Assembly: GCA_029012285.1 (NCBI GenBank)
Contig: JAQXLU010000038.1
Coordinates: forward strand, 4,440 to 68,439
From: Clostridiales bacterium
Lineage (GTDB): Bacteria > Bacillota > Clostridia > Christensenellales > Aristaeellaceae
Length of the DNA stretch: 64,000 nucleotides
Direction: 5' to 3'
Positions 45,892 through 54,977 of this stretch are shown here, piece after piece (within the stretch, counting starts at the first letter, position 1; every line of letters starts with the position of its first letter). Made by a program: the position numbers and the translations under genes. Below the pieces are notes generated by a model that saw nothing but the letters and a program-made list of their open reading frames with translations, had not been told where the DNA came from and did not search any database.

Positions 45892-45920
45892 ATTATAGCA
45901 CGTTTGGCGGCGGTTGTAAA
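45892..45920 (-). promoter_or_regulatory. Promoter of the T-box leader: TTTACA-17-TATAAT (TGn-extended)
   Basis: The minus strand reads TTTACAACCGCCGCCAAACGTGCTATAAT. Confidence 0.55.
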
Positions 45921-46130
45921 GGGGGAAAGCGCAGGATCTCGGGCGATTTAGAGGTATGGTGCGGGATGCTCCCTCAGAGAGGTCACGCCCTCAGGAAGTG
46001 AGCCGTTTGGTTGACTTGTCCTGCCCGGGACGGAAGGCACAGTTGCAGGGAATGACGCGATAAAGCCCCTTTACAAACCTGCCGCCATCGTCTACAATGG
46101 AGGCAATGAATCACAGGAGGTGTCAACCCC

Positions 46131-48146
46131 ATGACCTTCACCCCTCGCTTCCCCGCCTTTTTGCACGGCGGCGACTATAACCCCGACCAGTGGCTCGACC
46201 GCCCCGACATCCTGGAGCGCGATGTGGAAATGATGCACAAGGCCCACGTCAATACGGTGTCCATCGGCATCTTTGCCTGGGCCCGCCTGGAGCCTGAGGA
46301 CGGCGTGTACGACTTCGCCTGGCTGGATGAGGTGATCGACCGGCTGTGGAAGGGCGGCATCCACATTATTCTGGCCACGCCCAGCGGCGCGCGCCCGGCC
46401 TGGATGGCGCAGAAATACCCCGAGGTGCTGCGGGTGAACGACCACTATCAGCGCTACCACTTCGGCGGACGGCACAACCACTGCATCACCTCCCCCGTCT
46501 ACCGCAAAAAGGTGTACGAGATGGACAAGCGCCTGGCGGAGCGCTACGCCCATCACCCCGCGGTGATCCTTTGGCATCTGTCCAACGAGATGAGCGGGCA
46601 GTGCTATTGCGAGCAATGCCAGGAGGCCTTCCGCGACTGGCTGAAGCAGCGCTACGGCACCCTTGACCGGCTCAACGAGGCTTGGTGGACCTCCTTCTGG
46701 GCGCACCGCTACACCGACTGGAGCCAGGTGGAAGCCCCCGGCCCGATGGCGGAAACCAGCACTAACGGCATGTTCATCGACTGGCGGCGCTTCGCGACCC
46801 ATCAGTGCAAGACCTTCATGATGGCCGAGCGGGACGCGGTGCAGTCCGTCAATCCCGGGTTGAAGGTGACTGCCAACCTGATGGAGCGCTTCTGGGATTA
46901 CGACTACTTCGACCTGTGCGAGGGCATGGATGTGGTGTCCTGGGACGCCTATCCCCTGTGGCATTCCGGGGATGATGTGGCCCGCGCGGCGGAATTCGCC
47001 ATGAACCACGACATGATGCGCTCCTTCAAGGATCAACCCTTCCTGCTCATGGAGTCCACACCTTCCCAGGTCAACTGGAAGAACGTCAACAAGCTCAAGC
47101 GCCCGGGGATGCATCTGCTCTCCTCCATGCAAGCGCTGGCCCACGGCAGCCAGAGCGTGTTGTACTTCCAGTGGCGCAAGGGGCGCGGCGCGGCAGAGCA
47201 GTTCCACGGCGCGGTGGTGGATCACGACGGGCGGGACGATACCCGCGTGTTCAGGGACGTGACCCAGGTGGGCCAGGCGCTGGAAAGCCTCGCGCCCATC
47301 TACGACCGGGAGAAAGCCCCCCCCCAGGCCTGCATCATCTACGACTGGAGCAACTGGTGGGCCATCGACTACGCCCAGACCGGCCAGGCGCACAACATGC
47401 AATACTTCGACAGCGTGAACATGCACTACCGCAGCCTGTGGCAGCTGGGGATCAATGTGGATTTCCGCGATGAGCGGGACTGCACGGATCTTTCCCACTA
47501 TAAGCTGGTGATCTGCCCGATGCTGTTCATGCTCAGGGAGAGCTTCGCGTGCAAGCTTCGTTCCTTTGTGGAAAACGGCGGCACGCTGCTTGTGACCTAC
47601 TTCTCCGGCGTGGTGGACGAGAGCGGCCTGGCGTGGCTGGGCGGCGCGCCCCACGGCCTCATCGACGTGCTGGGTGTGCGCGCCACCGAGCTGGACGCGC
47701 TTTTCCCCCAGGACAAGCAGGCGATGCTGCTCCCCGACGGGCGCAGCTTCCCCATCCACGAATTGTGCGAGATTCCCGAGGTGCACGGGGCGCGCGCCCT
47801 GGGCCTGTACGAGGAGGACTTCTACGCGTCCCTCCCCTGCCTGACCCGCAATGCCTACGGCAAGGGACAGGCCTACTACCTCGCCGCGAAGGTGGAGCAG
47901 TCCGGCTTGGACGCGATTTACGCCGATCTTGCCGGGGAATTGCAGCTCCCCCGCGCCCTGCAGGAGGAGCTCCCCACGGGCGTGATCGCCACCGAGCGCG
48001 GCGGCGCGGCGTTCCTGCAGAATTACTCCGGCCAGGCGCAGAAGCTGACCTTCACGCGCAGATACACCGATCTGCTGACTGGCAGCGCCGTTACGGGCGA
48101 GCACATCATGCCCACCAACGGGGTGATGGTGCTGGTAGAGGCATGA
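46131..48146 (+). CDS. GH42 beta-galactosidase
   Basis: The sequence reads FLHGGDYNPDQWLDRPDILERDVEMMHKAHVNTVSIGIFAWARLEPEDGVYDFAWLD..WHLSNE. The RBS is AGGAGGTG. Confidence 0.9.
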   Translation: MTFTPRFPAFLHGGDYNPDQWLDRPDILERDVEMMHKAHVNTVSIGIFAWARLEPEDGVYDFAWLDEVIDRLWKGGIHIILATPSGARPAWMAQKYPEVLRVNDHYQRYHFGGRHNHCITSPVYRKKVYEMDKRLAERYAHHPAVILWHLSNEMSGQCYCEQCQEAFRDWLKQRYGTLDRLNEAWWTSFWAHRYTDWSQVEAPGPMAETSTNGMFIDWRRFATHQCKTFMMAERDAVQSVNPGLKVTANLMERFWDYDYFDLCEGMDVVSWDAYPLWHSGDDVARAAEFAMNHDMMRSFKDQPFLLMESTPSQVNWKNVNKLKRPGMHLLSSMQALAHGSQSVLYFQWRKGRGAAEQFHGAVVDHDGRDDTRVFRDVTQVGQALESLAPIYDREKAPPQACIIYDWSNWWAIDYAQTGQAHNMQYFDSVNMHYRSLWQLGINVDFRDERDCTDLSHYKLVICPMLFMLRESFACKLRSFVENGGTLLVTYFSGVVDESGLAWLGGAPHGLIDVLGVRATELDALFPQDKQAMLLPDGRSFPIHELCEIPEVHGARALGLYEEDFYASLPCLTRNAYGKGQAYYLAAKVEQSGLDAIYADLAGELQLPRALQEELPTGVIATERGGAAFLQNYSGQAQKLTFTRRYTDLLTGSAVTGEHIMPTNGVMVLVEA

Positions 48147-48199
48147 CACCCCATCCACTGGCCCGCTGACCCTGTCGTTCCAATGGCAGCAGGACAAAT

Positions 48200-48250
48200 A
48201 AAAGCAGCTATGCAACTTGAAGCTTTCCTTCAAGCCATAGCTGCTTTTTT
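48200..48250. terminator. Long bidirectional terminator hairpin between GH42 and argS
   Basis: The outer stem AAAAGCAGCTATG/CATAGCTGCTTTT is 13 bp and the inner stem CTTGAAG/CTTCAAG is 7 bp. It is followed by TTTTTT on the plus strand. Confidence 0.75.
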
Positions 48251-48430
48251 GATGCGATTTCCGCGGCACATGACGGGGGAACGTCCTCAGTCAGCCAGCT
48301 CCCTCGGGGAAGAGCACTGCGCCTGGACCCCGCAAAGGGCCATTCAGCATCGCTTGATGCTTTGGCTTCGGCAACTCCCGCTGGGCAGTCGCATCTGCGG
48401 GATGCCACTTGCCCGTTTGGGTGTGTGGGC

Positions 48431-50149
48431 TTACATGCGTTCGGGTGCTTCGATGCCGATCAGCCACAGGCCGGTCTTGATCACATCGCGCACAGCCTTT
48501 GTCAGCGCCACACGGGCAGCGGCCACGCCCGGGTTCTCATCCAGCACGCGATGCTCATAATAAAACTTGTTATACCCCTGCGCAATCTCCGTCACCGCGC
48601 GGGTCACCATCGAGGGCTCATACTTATCAGCAGCTTCCTTCACCACATCCGGGAAGCGGGAGAGCAGCCGCAGCAGATGCTGCGCCTCGTCATCCGCAAG
48701 GCCGTCATAGTCCACCTCGGGCAGCGCCGCCTCCGCCGCCTTGCGCAGCACGGAGCAGCAGCGGGCATGGGTGTACTGCACATACGGCCCGGTTTCGCCG
48801 TCGAAGTTGAGGGCGCGCTCGAAGGAGAAGTCGATGTCCTTGATGCGGCCGTTGGACAGGTCGGAGTAGATCACCGCGCCGATGCCCACCTGACGGGCCA
48901 CCTCCTCCTTGTCCGGGAGGTTGGGGGACTTTTCGTTGATGATGTCAAGGGCCTTCTGAATGGCCTGATTCAGCACATCCTCCAGGTAGACGACGCGGCC
49001 CTTGCGGGTGGAGAAGGCCTGGCCCTCAAAGGAGATCATGCCGAAGGACACATGCACGCAGTCCTTGGCCCAGGGCTTGCCCATCTTCTCCAGCACCTTG
49101 AAGATCTGGCGGAAGTGCAGATCCTGCTGATAGGCCACGACGTAGAGGCATTTGTCAAAGTCGTAGGTATTCTTGCGGTAGACGGCAGCGGCCAGGTCGC
49201 GGGTGGCGTAGAGGGTTGCCCCGTCGGAGCGCAGGATGATGCAGGGCGGCATCTTGTCCGCCTCCAGGTCGACCACGGATGCGCCCTCGGAGATGGTCAG
49301 CAGATTCTTCTCCCGCAATTCGTCGATCACCACGTCCATCTTGTCATTGTAGAAGGATTCGCCCGCGTAGGAGTCAAACTCCACGCCCAGCAGCTTGTAG
49401 ACGCGCTCGGCGTCCTTGAGGGTGATGTCCTTGAACCAGTTCCAGATGGCGCGGGCTTCCTCGTCGCCGTCCTCGATCTTCTTGAACCAGGCACGGCCTT
49501 TATCATCCAGGGTCGGATCCTTCTCGGCTTCCTCGTGGAACTTGACGTACAGCCGCATCATCTCGGTGATGCCCTTTTCCTCAATCTCCTCCCGGCTGCC
49601 CCAGGTCTTGTAGGCGTAGATCATCTTGCCGAACTGGGTGCCCCAGTCGCCCAGGTGATTGATGCCCACGGTCTTGTATCCCAGGAAGTCGTAGATACGC
49701 CGCAGGGAATGGCCGATCATGGTGGTGGACAGGTGGCCCACGCCAAAGCGCTTGGCGATGTTGATGGACGAGTAGTCCAGGCAGACGGTCTTGCCCGCGC
49801 CCATGTCGGAGGCGCCGTAGCGCTCGCCCTCCGCGAGCACCTTGTCAAGGGTTTCCCGCGCGAAGTTGACGCGGTTAAGGAAGAAGTTCATGTAGCCGTT
49901 GACGGCCTCCACCCGGGCCACGTCGGGGTGATTCCAGGCCTTGCACAATTCGGCGGCGATCTTCGGGGGCGCCATGCGCAGTGCCTTGGCCAGGCGGAAC
50001 ACAGGGAAGGCATAATCGCCCATCTCGCGATCCGGGGGGACGGCGAGCAGGCCGCGAATCTCGTCCACGGCGGGGAGCCCCTGGGCCTCGGGCCAGGTGG
50101 ATGCCAGGCAGTCGGCGGTCAGGGTCGCGATGCGGGTCATCATATCCAT
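48431..50149 (-). CDS. argS: Arginine--tRNA ligase
   Basis: The 572-aa protein has the class-I motif context SSINIAKRFGVGHL and the anticodon-binding C-terminus ..GLWLIGIEAPERM. Confidence 0.9.
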   Translation of the reverse strand: MDMMTRIATLTADCLASTWPEAQGLPAVDEIRGLLAVPPDREMGDYAFPVFRLAKALRMAPPKIAAELCKAWNHPDVARVEAVNGYMNFFLNRVNFARETLDKVLAEGERYGASDMGAGKTVCLDYSSINIAKRFGVGHLSTTMIGHSLRRIYDFLGYKTVGINHLGDWGTQFGKMIYAYKTWGSREEIEEKGITEMMRLYVKFHEEAEKDPTLDDKGRAWFKKIEDGDEEARAIWNWFKDITLKDAERVYKLLGVEFDSYAGESFYNDKMDVVIDELREKNLLTISEGASVVDLEADKMPPCIILRSDGATLYATRDLAAAVYRKNTYDFDKCLYVVAYQQDLHFRQIFKVLEKMGKPWAKDCVHVSFGMISFEGQAFSTRKGRVVYLEDVLNQAIQKALDIINEKSPNLPDKEEVARQVGIGAVIYSDLSNGRIKDIDFSFERALNFDGETGPYVQYTHARCCSVLRKAAEAALPEVDYDGLADDEAQHLLRLLSRFPDVVKEAADKYEPSMVTRAVTEIAQGYNKFYYEHRVLDENPGVAAARVALTKAVRDVIKTGLWLIGIEAPERM

Positions 50150-50265
50150 GAGGGAATCGCTCCTTTTCTTGATCGGCCTGCGGCGGTCTGCGCCTGGCAG
50201 GCGGGGATGTCAATGCATGAAATGCGCCCGGAAAGCGGCGCATCTGTGATGGCACATACAAACTC

Positions 50266-50294
50266 ATTATAGCACAGCTTGCGGGGGGATGCAA
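50266..50294 (-). promoter_or_regulatory. Candidate argS promoter TTGCAT-17-TATAAT
   Basis: The minus strand reads TTGCATCCCCCCGCAAGCTGTGCTATAAT. Confidence 0.5.
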
Positions 50295-50473
50295 CGGCGG
50301 AATGTGTGCGGGATGATGAAAACGCGCCATCAAGCCAGCTTGGCAAGAGCGGGGTAGCTTGATGACGAAATGACTTTGTTGTTTCCTTCTTGTTAGCTTG
50401 CTTGTTAACCTTTGCAAATGTGGAATTCGGATAAATTTTCGCCAATACAACCTGAAATGGAACGCAATTCTCC

Positions 50474-50503
50474 TTGACAAGTCCATATCCTTGGCGGTAT
50501 AAT
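50474..50503 (+). promoter_or_regulatory. Candidate promoter of the mannan-utilisation operon: TTGACA-18-TATAAT
   Basis: The hexamers are read directly, about 40 nt upstream of the RBS TAGGAGG. Confidence 0.55.
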
Positions 50504-50547
50504 GATTGCGAGGCTAACAAACAGCTTAACGGTTAGGAGGTTTGTAT

Positions 50548-51744
50548 ATGGTGGTAAACGAAATGCGCCAGCACCTGACGGAGCGGATCCTGCCCTTCTG
50601 GGAGCGGCTGACCGACTGGACGCGGGGCGGCTGGTACGGCTATGTGGACAAGGACTTGGTCGTGCATAAGGACGCGCACAAGGGCTGCATCCTCAACAGC
50701 CGGGTGCTGTGGACCTTTGCCACCGCTGCCCGGGTGCTGGGGGAGGAGAAGTACCTCGACTACGCCCGCCACGCGCTGCGGTTCATGGGGCGCTTTGAGG
50801 ATTACCAGCGGGGTGGCCTGTACTGGTCGGTCACGCCGGACGGCTTTGCGCTGGACAAAACCAAGCACACCTACTGCCAGGCCTTCGCGATCTACGGCCT
50901 TGCGGCATATATGCGCGCGGCGGGGAAGAACGATCCCCTGTATGAAACGGCCCGGGAGCGCGCCTTCCGCCTGTTTGACGTGATCGAAACCCGCTGCTGC
51001 GATGCGGGTGGCTACGGGGAGGCCTACGAGCCGGATTTCGTGCCGGTGGACAACAAGAAGCTCTCCGACAACCCCACGCTGATGGAGCGCGGCGAGGTCG
51101 CTGAGCGCACGATGAACACACTGCTGCATGTGCTGGAGGCCTATGCGGAATTCTACCGGGCCATCCCGGAGGAGCGCGTCCTCAAGGCCGGAAAAGCCTG
51201 CCTGGAGCGCTTCCTGCATGTGATGTACAACGCCCCGAAGCGCCGCCTGGAGGTGTTCTACGACCGCGATTACCGGAGTTTGCTGGATATGCAGAGCTAC
51301 GGCCACGACATCGAGGCCAGCTGGCTGATGTGGGACGCGGTGGAGACCTTCATCCCCGAAAAGGAGCGCGCCCCCTACCGCGACATGTGTCTGACCCTGG
51401 CGGAGGCCACCTGCGAGCGCGCCTTCACCGACCACGGCATGGAGAACGAAATCGTCGAGGGCGTGGTGGAGCACACCCGTGTGTGGTGGGTGCAGGCGGA
51501 AACCGTCCTTGGCTTTGCCCAGGCCTACGCCCTGACCGGCGAGGAGGCCTGGATGGCGCGCCTTTGCCAGCAGTGGGCGTACATCCAGCGGGAAATCGTT
51601 GATCCCCGGGAGGGCAGCGAATGGTTCTGGTCCACCGATGAAAACGGCGTGCCCACGGACAAGCCCATCGTCGAGGAATGGAAGTGCCCCTATCACAACG
51701 GGCGCATGTGCCTGCGGTTGATCGAAAAGCATGGGGAGGGCTGA
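50548..51744 (+). CDS. AGE-family epimerase (cellobiose/mannobiose 2-epimerase-like)
   Basis: The sequence reads ILPFWERLTDWTRGGWYGYVD..GCILNSRVLWTFA..KHTYCQAFAIYGLAAY..YGHDIEASWL..CPYHNGRMC. The ATG at 50548 lies 7 nt after TAGGAGG. It sits in a GH130 context. Confidence 0.75.
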   Translation: MVVNEMRQHLTERILPFWERLTDWTRGGWYGYVDKDLVVHKDAHKGCILNSRVLWTFATAARVLGEEKYLDYARHALRFMGRFEDYQRGGLYWSVTPDGFALDKTKHTYCQAFAIYGLAAYMRAAGKNDPLYETARERAFRLFDVIETRCCDAGGYGEAYEPDFVPVDNKKLSDNPTLMERGEVAERTMNTLLHVLEAYAEFYRAIPEERVLKAGKACLERFLHVMYNAPKRRLEVFYDRDYRSLLDMQSYGHDIEASWLMWDAVETFIPEKERAPYRDMCLTLAEATCERAFTDHGMENEIVEGVVEHTRVWWVQAETVLGFAQAYALTGEEAWMARLCQQWAYIQREIVDPREGSEWFWSTDENGVPTDKPIVEEWKCPYHNGRMCLRLIEKHGEG

Positions 51745-51747
51745 GCG

Positions 51748-53916
51748 ATGGTTGAGATCCTTCGGGAGGACAGGCTGATTCACCTGCGCAACGATTCGGC
51801 TTCCTATATTATATATCTGCTGGAGGGCGGCATTGCGGCCCACCTGTACTTTGGCAAGCGCGTGGAGGGGTTCAACCCGGCGTCCATGCTGCGCCACTAC
51901 GACCTCAGGGAGGACGGCGCGTTCTCCCTGCAGGGCTGCACGCTGGATCACACGCCTCAGGAGTACCCGTCCCACGGCCTGGGCGATCTGCGGGAGGGCG
52001 CGCTGTCCGTGGTACAAAAGGACGGCACCCGCTCGGTGGATTTGCGCGTGACCGGCGTGGAGGTGGTGGACGGAAAGCGGGGGATTCCCGGCTTGCCCGC
52101 CACCTACGGCGACAACGCCAAAACGCTGCTGCTGCATATGAAGGATGCGCTGCTGGGCCTGGAGGCCACGCTGTCCTACGCGATGTTTGACGATGTGGCG
52201 GGCGTGATGCGCTCCGTGCAGCTGCGCAACGCCTCCGACAGCGATTTGGTGATCGAGCGGGCGTACAGCCTGTGCCTGGAGCTGCCGGACAGCCGCTACG
52301 ACCTCATCACCCTCTCCGGCGCGTGGAGCCGGGAGCGGGAAATCAACCGCCGCCCGCTGATGATGGGCGAGCAAGGCGTGTCCTCCTTAAAGGGCGCAAC
52401 CAGCCTGCACAGCAGCAACATGCTCTTCCTGGCCCGCCCCGAAACCACGGAGGCCCAGGGCGAGGCCATCGGCGCGGCGCTGGTGTATTCGGGCAACTTC
52501 AAGGCCAGCGTGCATGTGGACGCGCACCGCACCAGCCGGGTGTTCCTGGGGCTCAACGACGTCGACTTTGCCTGGAAGCTGACCCCCGGCGCAACCTTCA
52601 ACACGCCCGAGGCGGTCGTGGTCTATTCCGATGAGGGCCTGGACGGCATGAGCCGCGCCTTCCACCGGGTCTGCGCGGAGCACATCGTGCGGGGGAAGTA
52701 CGCCAAGGCGCCCCGGCCTATCCTGCTGAACAACTGGGAAGCCACCTACTTCGGCTTCAACGAGGAGAAGCTGCTCAAAATCGCCCGCACCGCCGCGGAC
52801 GTGGGCGTGGAGCTCTTCGTGCTGGACGACGGCTGGTTCGGCCACCGGGACGACGACACCTCCTCCCTGGGGGATTGGTATGTGGACGCCAACAAGCTCC
52901 CCCATGGCATGAAGCACCTGACCGACCAGGTGCACGCGATGGGGCTGAAGTTCGGGCTGTGGTTCGAGCCGGAGATGGTCTGCCCCGTGTCCGAGCTGTA
53001 CAAGAAGCATCCCGACTGGGCCATCCACATCGCCGGGCGCGAGCCGGTGCAGGCCCGTCAGCAGCTGACCCTGGACCTGAGCCGCGAGGACGTGCAGGAC
53101 TATGTGCACCAATGCGTGGCCTCTCACCTGCGGGAGGACGGCATCGACTATGTGAAGTGGGACATGAACCGCAACTTCTCCAACATTGGCTCGGCGCTGC
53201 TCCCCGCCGACCAGCAAAAGGAGCTGCCCCATCGCTACATGCTGGGCTTGTACCGTGTGATGGAAAAGCTGGTCAATGAGTTCCCCGATGTGCTCTTTGA
53301 GTCCTGCTCCTCCGGCGGCGGCCGCTTCGACCTGGGCATGCTGCACTATATGCCCCAGACCTGGACGTCCGACAACACCGACGCGCTCTGCCGCTGCCGC
53401 ATCCAGTATGCCACGTCCCTTGTGTTCCCGCCCTTTGCCATGGGCAGCCATGTGTCCGCCGTGCCCAACCATCAGACGGGGCGCGTCACCCCCATTGAAA
53501 CCCGCGGAGCTGTGGCGATGTCCGGCTGCTTCGGGTATGAGCTGGATTTGAACACCCTCAGCGCGGAGGAGCTCGACAAGGTGCGCGCCCAGGTCAAGCG
53601 CGTCAAGGAGCTGCGCCAGACGCTGCTCTACGGCGACTTCCACCGCCTGCTCTCCCCCTATGAGGGCAATGATACCGCGTGGCTGACCGTCAGCCCGGAC
53701 AAGTTAGAGGCGGTGTTCATGTTCACCCGCGCCCAGGCCCAGTCCTATGCGTACCCGGCGTTGATCCGCCTGCGCGGCCTGGCGGCTGATCGGGTGTACA
53801 CCATCGTGGAGACTGGCGAAAGCTACACCGGCGCGGAGCTGATGAACGCCGGCGTCAGCGTGCGGCTCCCCTGGGGCGACGCAGCCTCCGTCAGTTGGAC
53901 GCTGCGGGCTAAATGA
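51748..53916 (+). CDS. GH36 alpha-galactosidase (paralog of 14407..16605)
   Basis: Diagnostic blocks are LDDGWFGHRDDDTSSLGDW, IDYVKWDMNR and CSSGGGRFD. Confidence 0.9.
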   Translation: MVEILREDRLIHLRNDSASYIIYLLEGGIAAHLYFGKRVEGFNPASMLRHYDLREDGAFSLQGCTLDHTPQEYPSHGLGDLREGALSVVQKDGTRSVDLRVTGVEVVDGKRGIPGLPATYGDNAKTLLLHMKDALLGLEATLSYAMFDDVAGVMRSVQLRNASDSDLVIERAYSLCLELPDSRYDLITLSGAWSREREINRRPLMMGEQGVSSLKGATSLHSSNMLFLARPETTEAQGEAIGAALVYSGNFKASVHVDAHRTSRVFLGLNDVDFAWKLTPGATFNTPEAVVVYSDEGLDGMSRAFHRVCAEHIVRGKYAKAPRPILLNNWEATYFGFNEEKLLKIARTAADVGVELFVLDDGWFGHRDDDTSSLGDWYVDANKLPHGMKHLTDQVHAMGLKFGLWFEPEMVCPVSELYKKHPDWAIHIAGREPVQARQQLTLDLSREDVQDYVHQCVASHLREDGIDYVKWDMNRNFSNIGSALLPADQQKELPHRYMLGLYRVMEKLVNEFPDVLFESCSSGGGRFDLGMLHYMPQTWTSDNTDALCRCRIQYATSLVFPPFAMGSHVSAVPNHQTGRVTPIETRGAVAMSGCFGYELDLNTLSAEELDKVRAQVKRVKELRQTLLYGDFHRLLSPYEGNDTAWLTVSPDKLEAVFMFTRAQAQSYAYPALIRLRGLAADRVYTIVETGESYTGAELMNAGVSVRLPWGDAASVSWTLRAK

Positions 53917-53947
53917 AAACCATGAAACAAAAAGGAGGCGGAGAAGC

Positions 53948-54961
53948 GTGGCAGGCATGACCATGCGGGAAATGGGCAAGCGCCTGGGCGTGAGCGCGGT
54001 CACCGTGTCGAAGGCGCTGTCGGGCAAGCCCGGCGTGAGCGAGGCGGTGCGCCAGCAGATTCTCCGCCTGGCCGAGGAGGTGGGGTACGTCAATCCCCAC
54101 CAGCGCTCGGATGCCCCTGGCAACGGCCTGGATGTGGGCATCCTGGTGATGGAGCACTTCTTCTCCACCGATGGCTTCTACGCCATGCTGACCAAGCAGC
54201 TCTCCCAGCTGCTGAGCGAAAGCGGGCACTTCGGCGTGCTGGAGGTCATCACGCAGGAAATGCAGCGCGACATGGTGCTGCCCAAGCTGCTGCGCAGCCG
54301 CCGGGTGCGGGCGCTGATCCTCCTGGGCCAGCCGCAGGAGGGCTACACCCGGATGCTATCGGCCCAGCCGCTGCCCGTGGTGGCGCTGGACTTCCACAAT
54401 CCGGCCATCCCCATGGACGCCGTGGTCGGGGACAGTGTCTACGGCGCAGCCATGATGACCCGCTGCCTGATCGAAAACGGCCACCGGGACATCGGCTTCC
54501 TCGGGAATGTGAAGGCCACCAGCTCCATCCTGGAGCGATACCTGGGCTTTGTGGCAGAAATGCGCTTGCACGAGCTGCCCATCCGCCCCGAATGTGTGTT
54601 GCCCGACCGCACGGACGACAACCGCGTCACGCCGCCCACCCTGCCTGAGAGGATGCCCACCGCCTTCGTCTGCAACTGCGACGTGGTGGCCCGGGCCTTC
54701 GTCGATCAATTGCAGAAAAGCGGCTACCGCGTGCCGGAGGATGTGTCCATCGTCAGCTATGACGATTTTGGCCATGTGCCCGGGGCGCTGCCCCTGACCA
54801 CCTTCCGGGTGGATACCGCCGCCATGTGCCGCATTGCGGTGCAGCTGGTGGAAAGCCGCTGCCGGGGCGACATGCAGCCCTTCACCCGCATCGTTGTGCC
54901 CGGCGAATGCATCTACCGGAATTCTGTATATCCCCTGTATCCCCAATCGACCAATCAATGA
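53948..54961 (+). CDS. LacI-family transcriptional regulator
   Basis: The N-terminal HTH is MREMGKRLGVSAVTVSKALSGKPGVS, followed by a periplasmic-binding-protein-like sugar domain. The start is GTG 53948 or ATG 53957. Confidence 0.85.
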   Translation: MAGMTMREMGKRLGVSAVTVSKALSGKPGVSEAVRQQILRLAEEVGYVNPHQRSDAPGNGLDVGILVMEHFFSTDGFYAMLTKQLSQLLSESGHFGVLEVITQEMQRDMVLPKLLRSRRVRALILLGQPQEGYTRMLSAQPLPVVALDFHNPAIPMDAVVGDSVYGAAMMTRCLIENGHRDIGFLGNVKATSSILERYLGFVAEMRLHELPIRPECVLPDRTDDNRVTPPTLPERMPTAFVCNCDVVARAFVDQLQKSGYRVPEDVSIVSYDDFGHVPGALPLTTFRVDTAAMCRIAVQLVESRCRGDMQPFTRIVVPGECIYRNSVYPLYPQSTNQ

Positions 54962-54977
54962 AAGAGAGGCTACGAAC

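Noticed and set aside
42715-45951. 1078-aa ORF on the plus strand spanning leuS, the repeats and the T-box
   Set aside because: It is antisense to leuS. It then reads straight through the hairpin repeats and the tandem array (giving SADHSPRRNLPAPTIL-type repeats) and through the T-box, so it is an artefact of stop-poor high-GC sequence.
50150-50300. T-box or other leader upstream of argS
   Set aside because: The roughly 115-nt leader after the TTGCAT-17-TATAAT promoter has no GGTGGTACCGCG-like T-box core and no terminator with a U-tract, only a short hairpin ATGCGCC/GGCGCAT.
46092-52374. ORFs 46092..48269 (725 aa, minus), 48362..50272 (636 aa, plus) and 50533..52374 (613 aa, minus)
   Set aside because: They are antisense to GH42, to argS, and to the epimerase/GH36 genes respectively, with no independent support.
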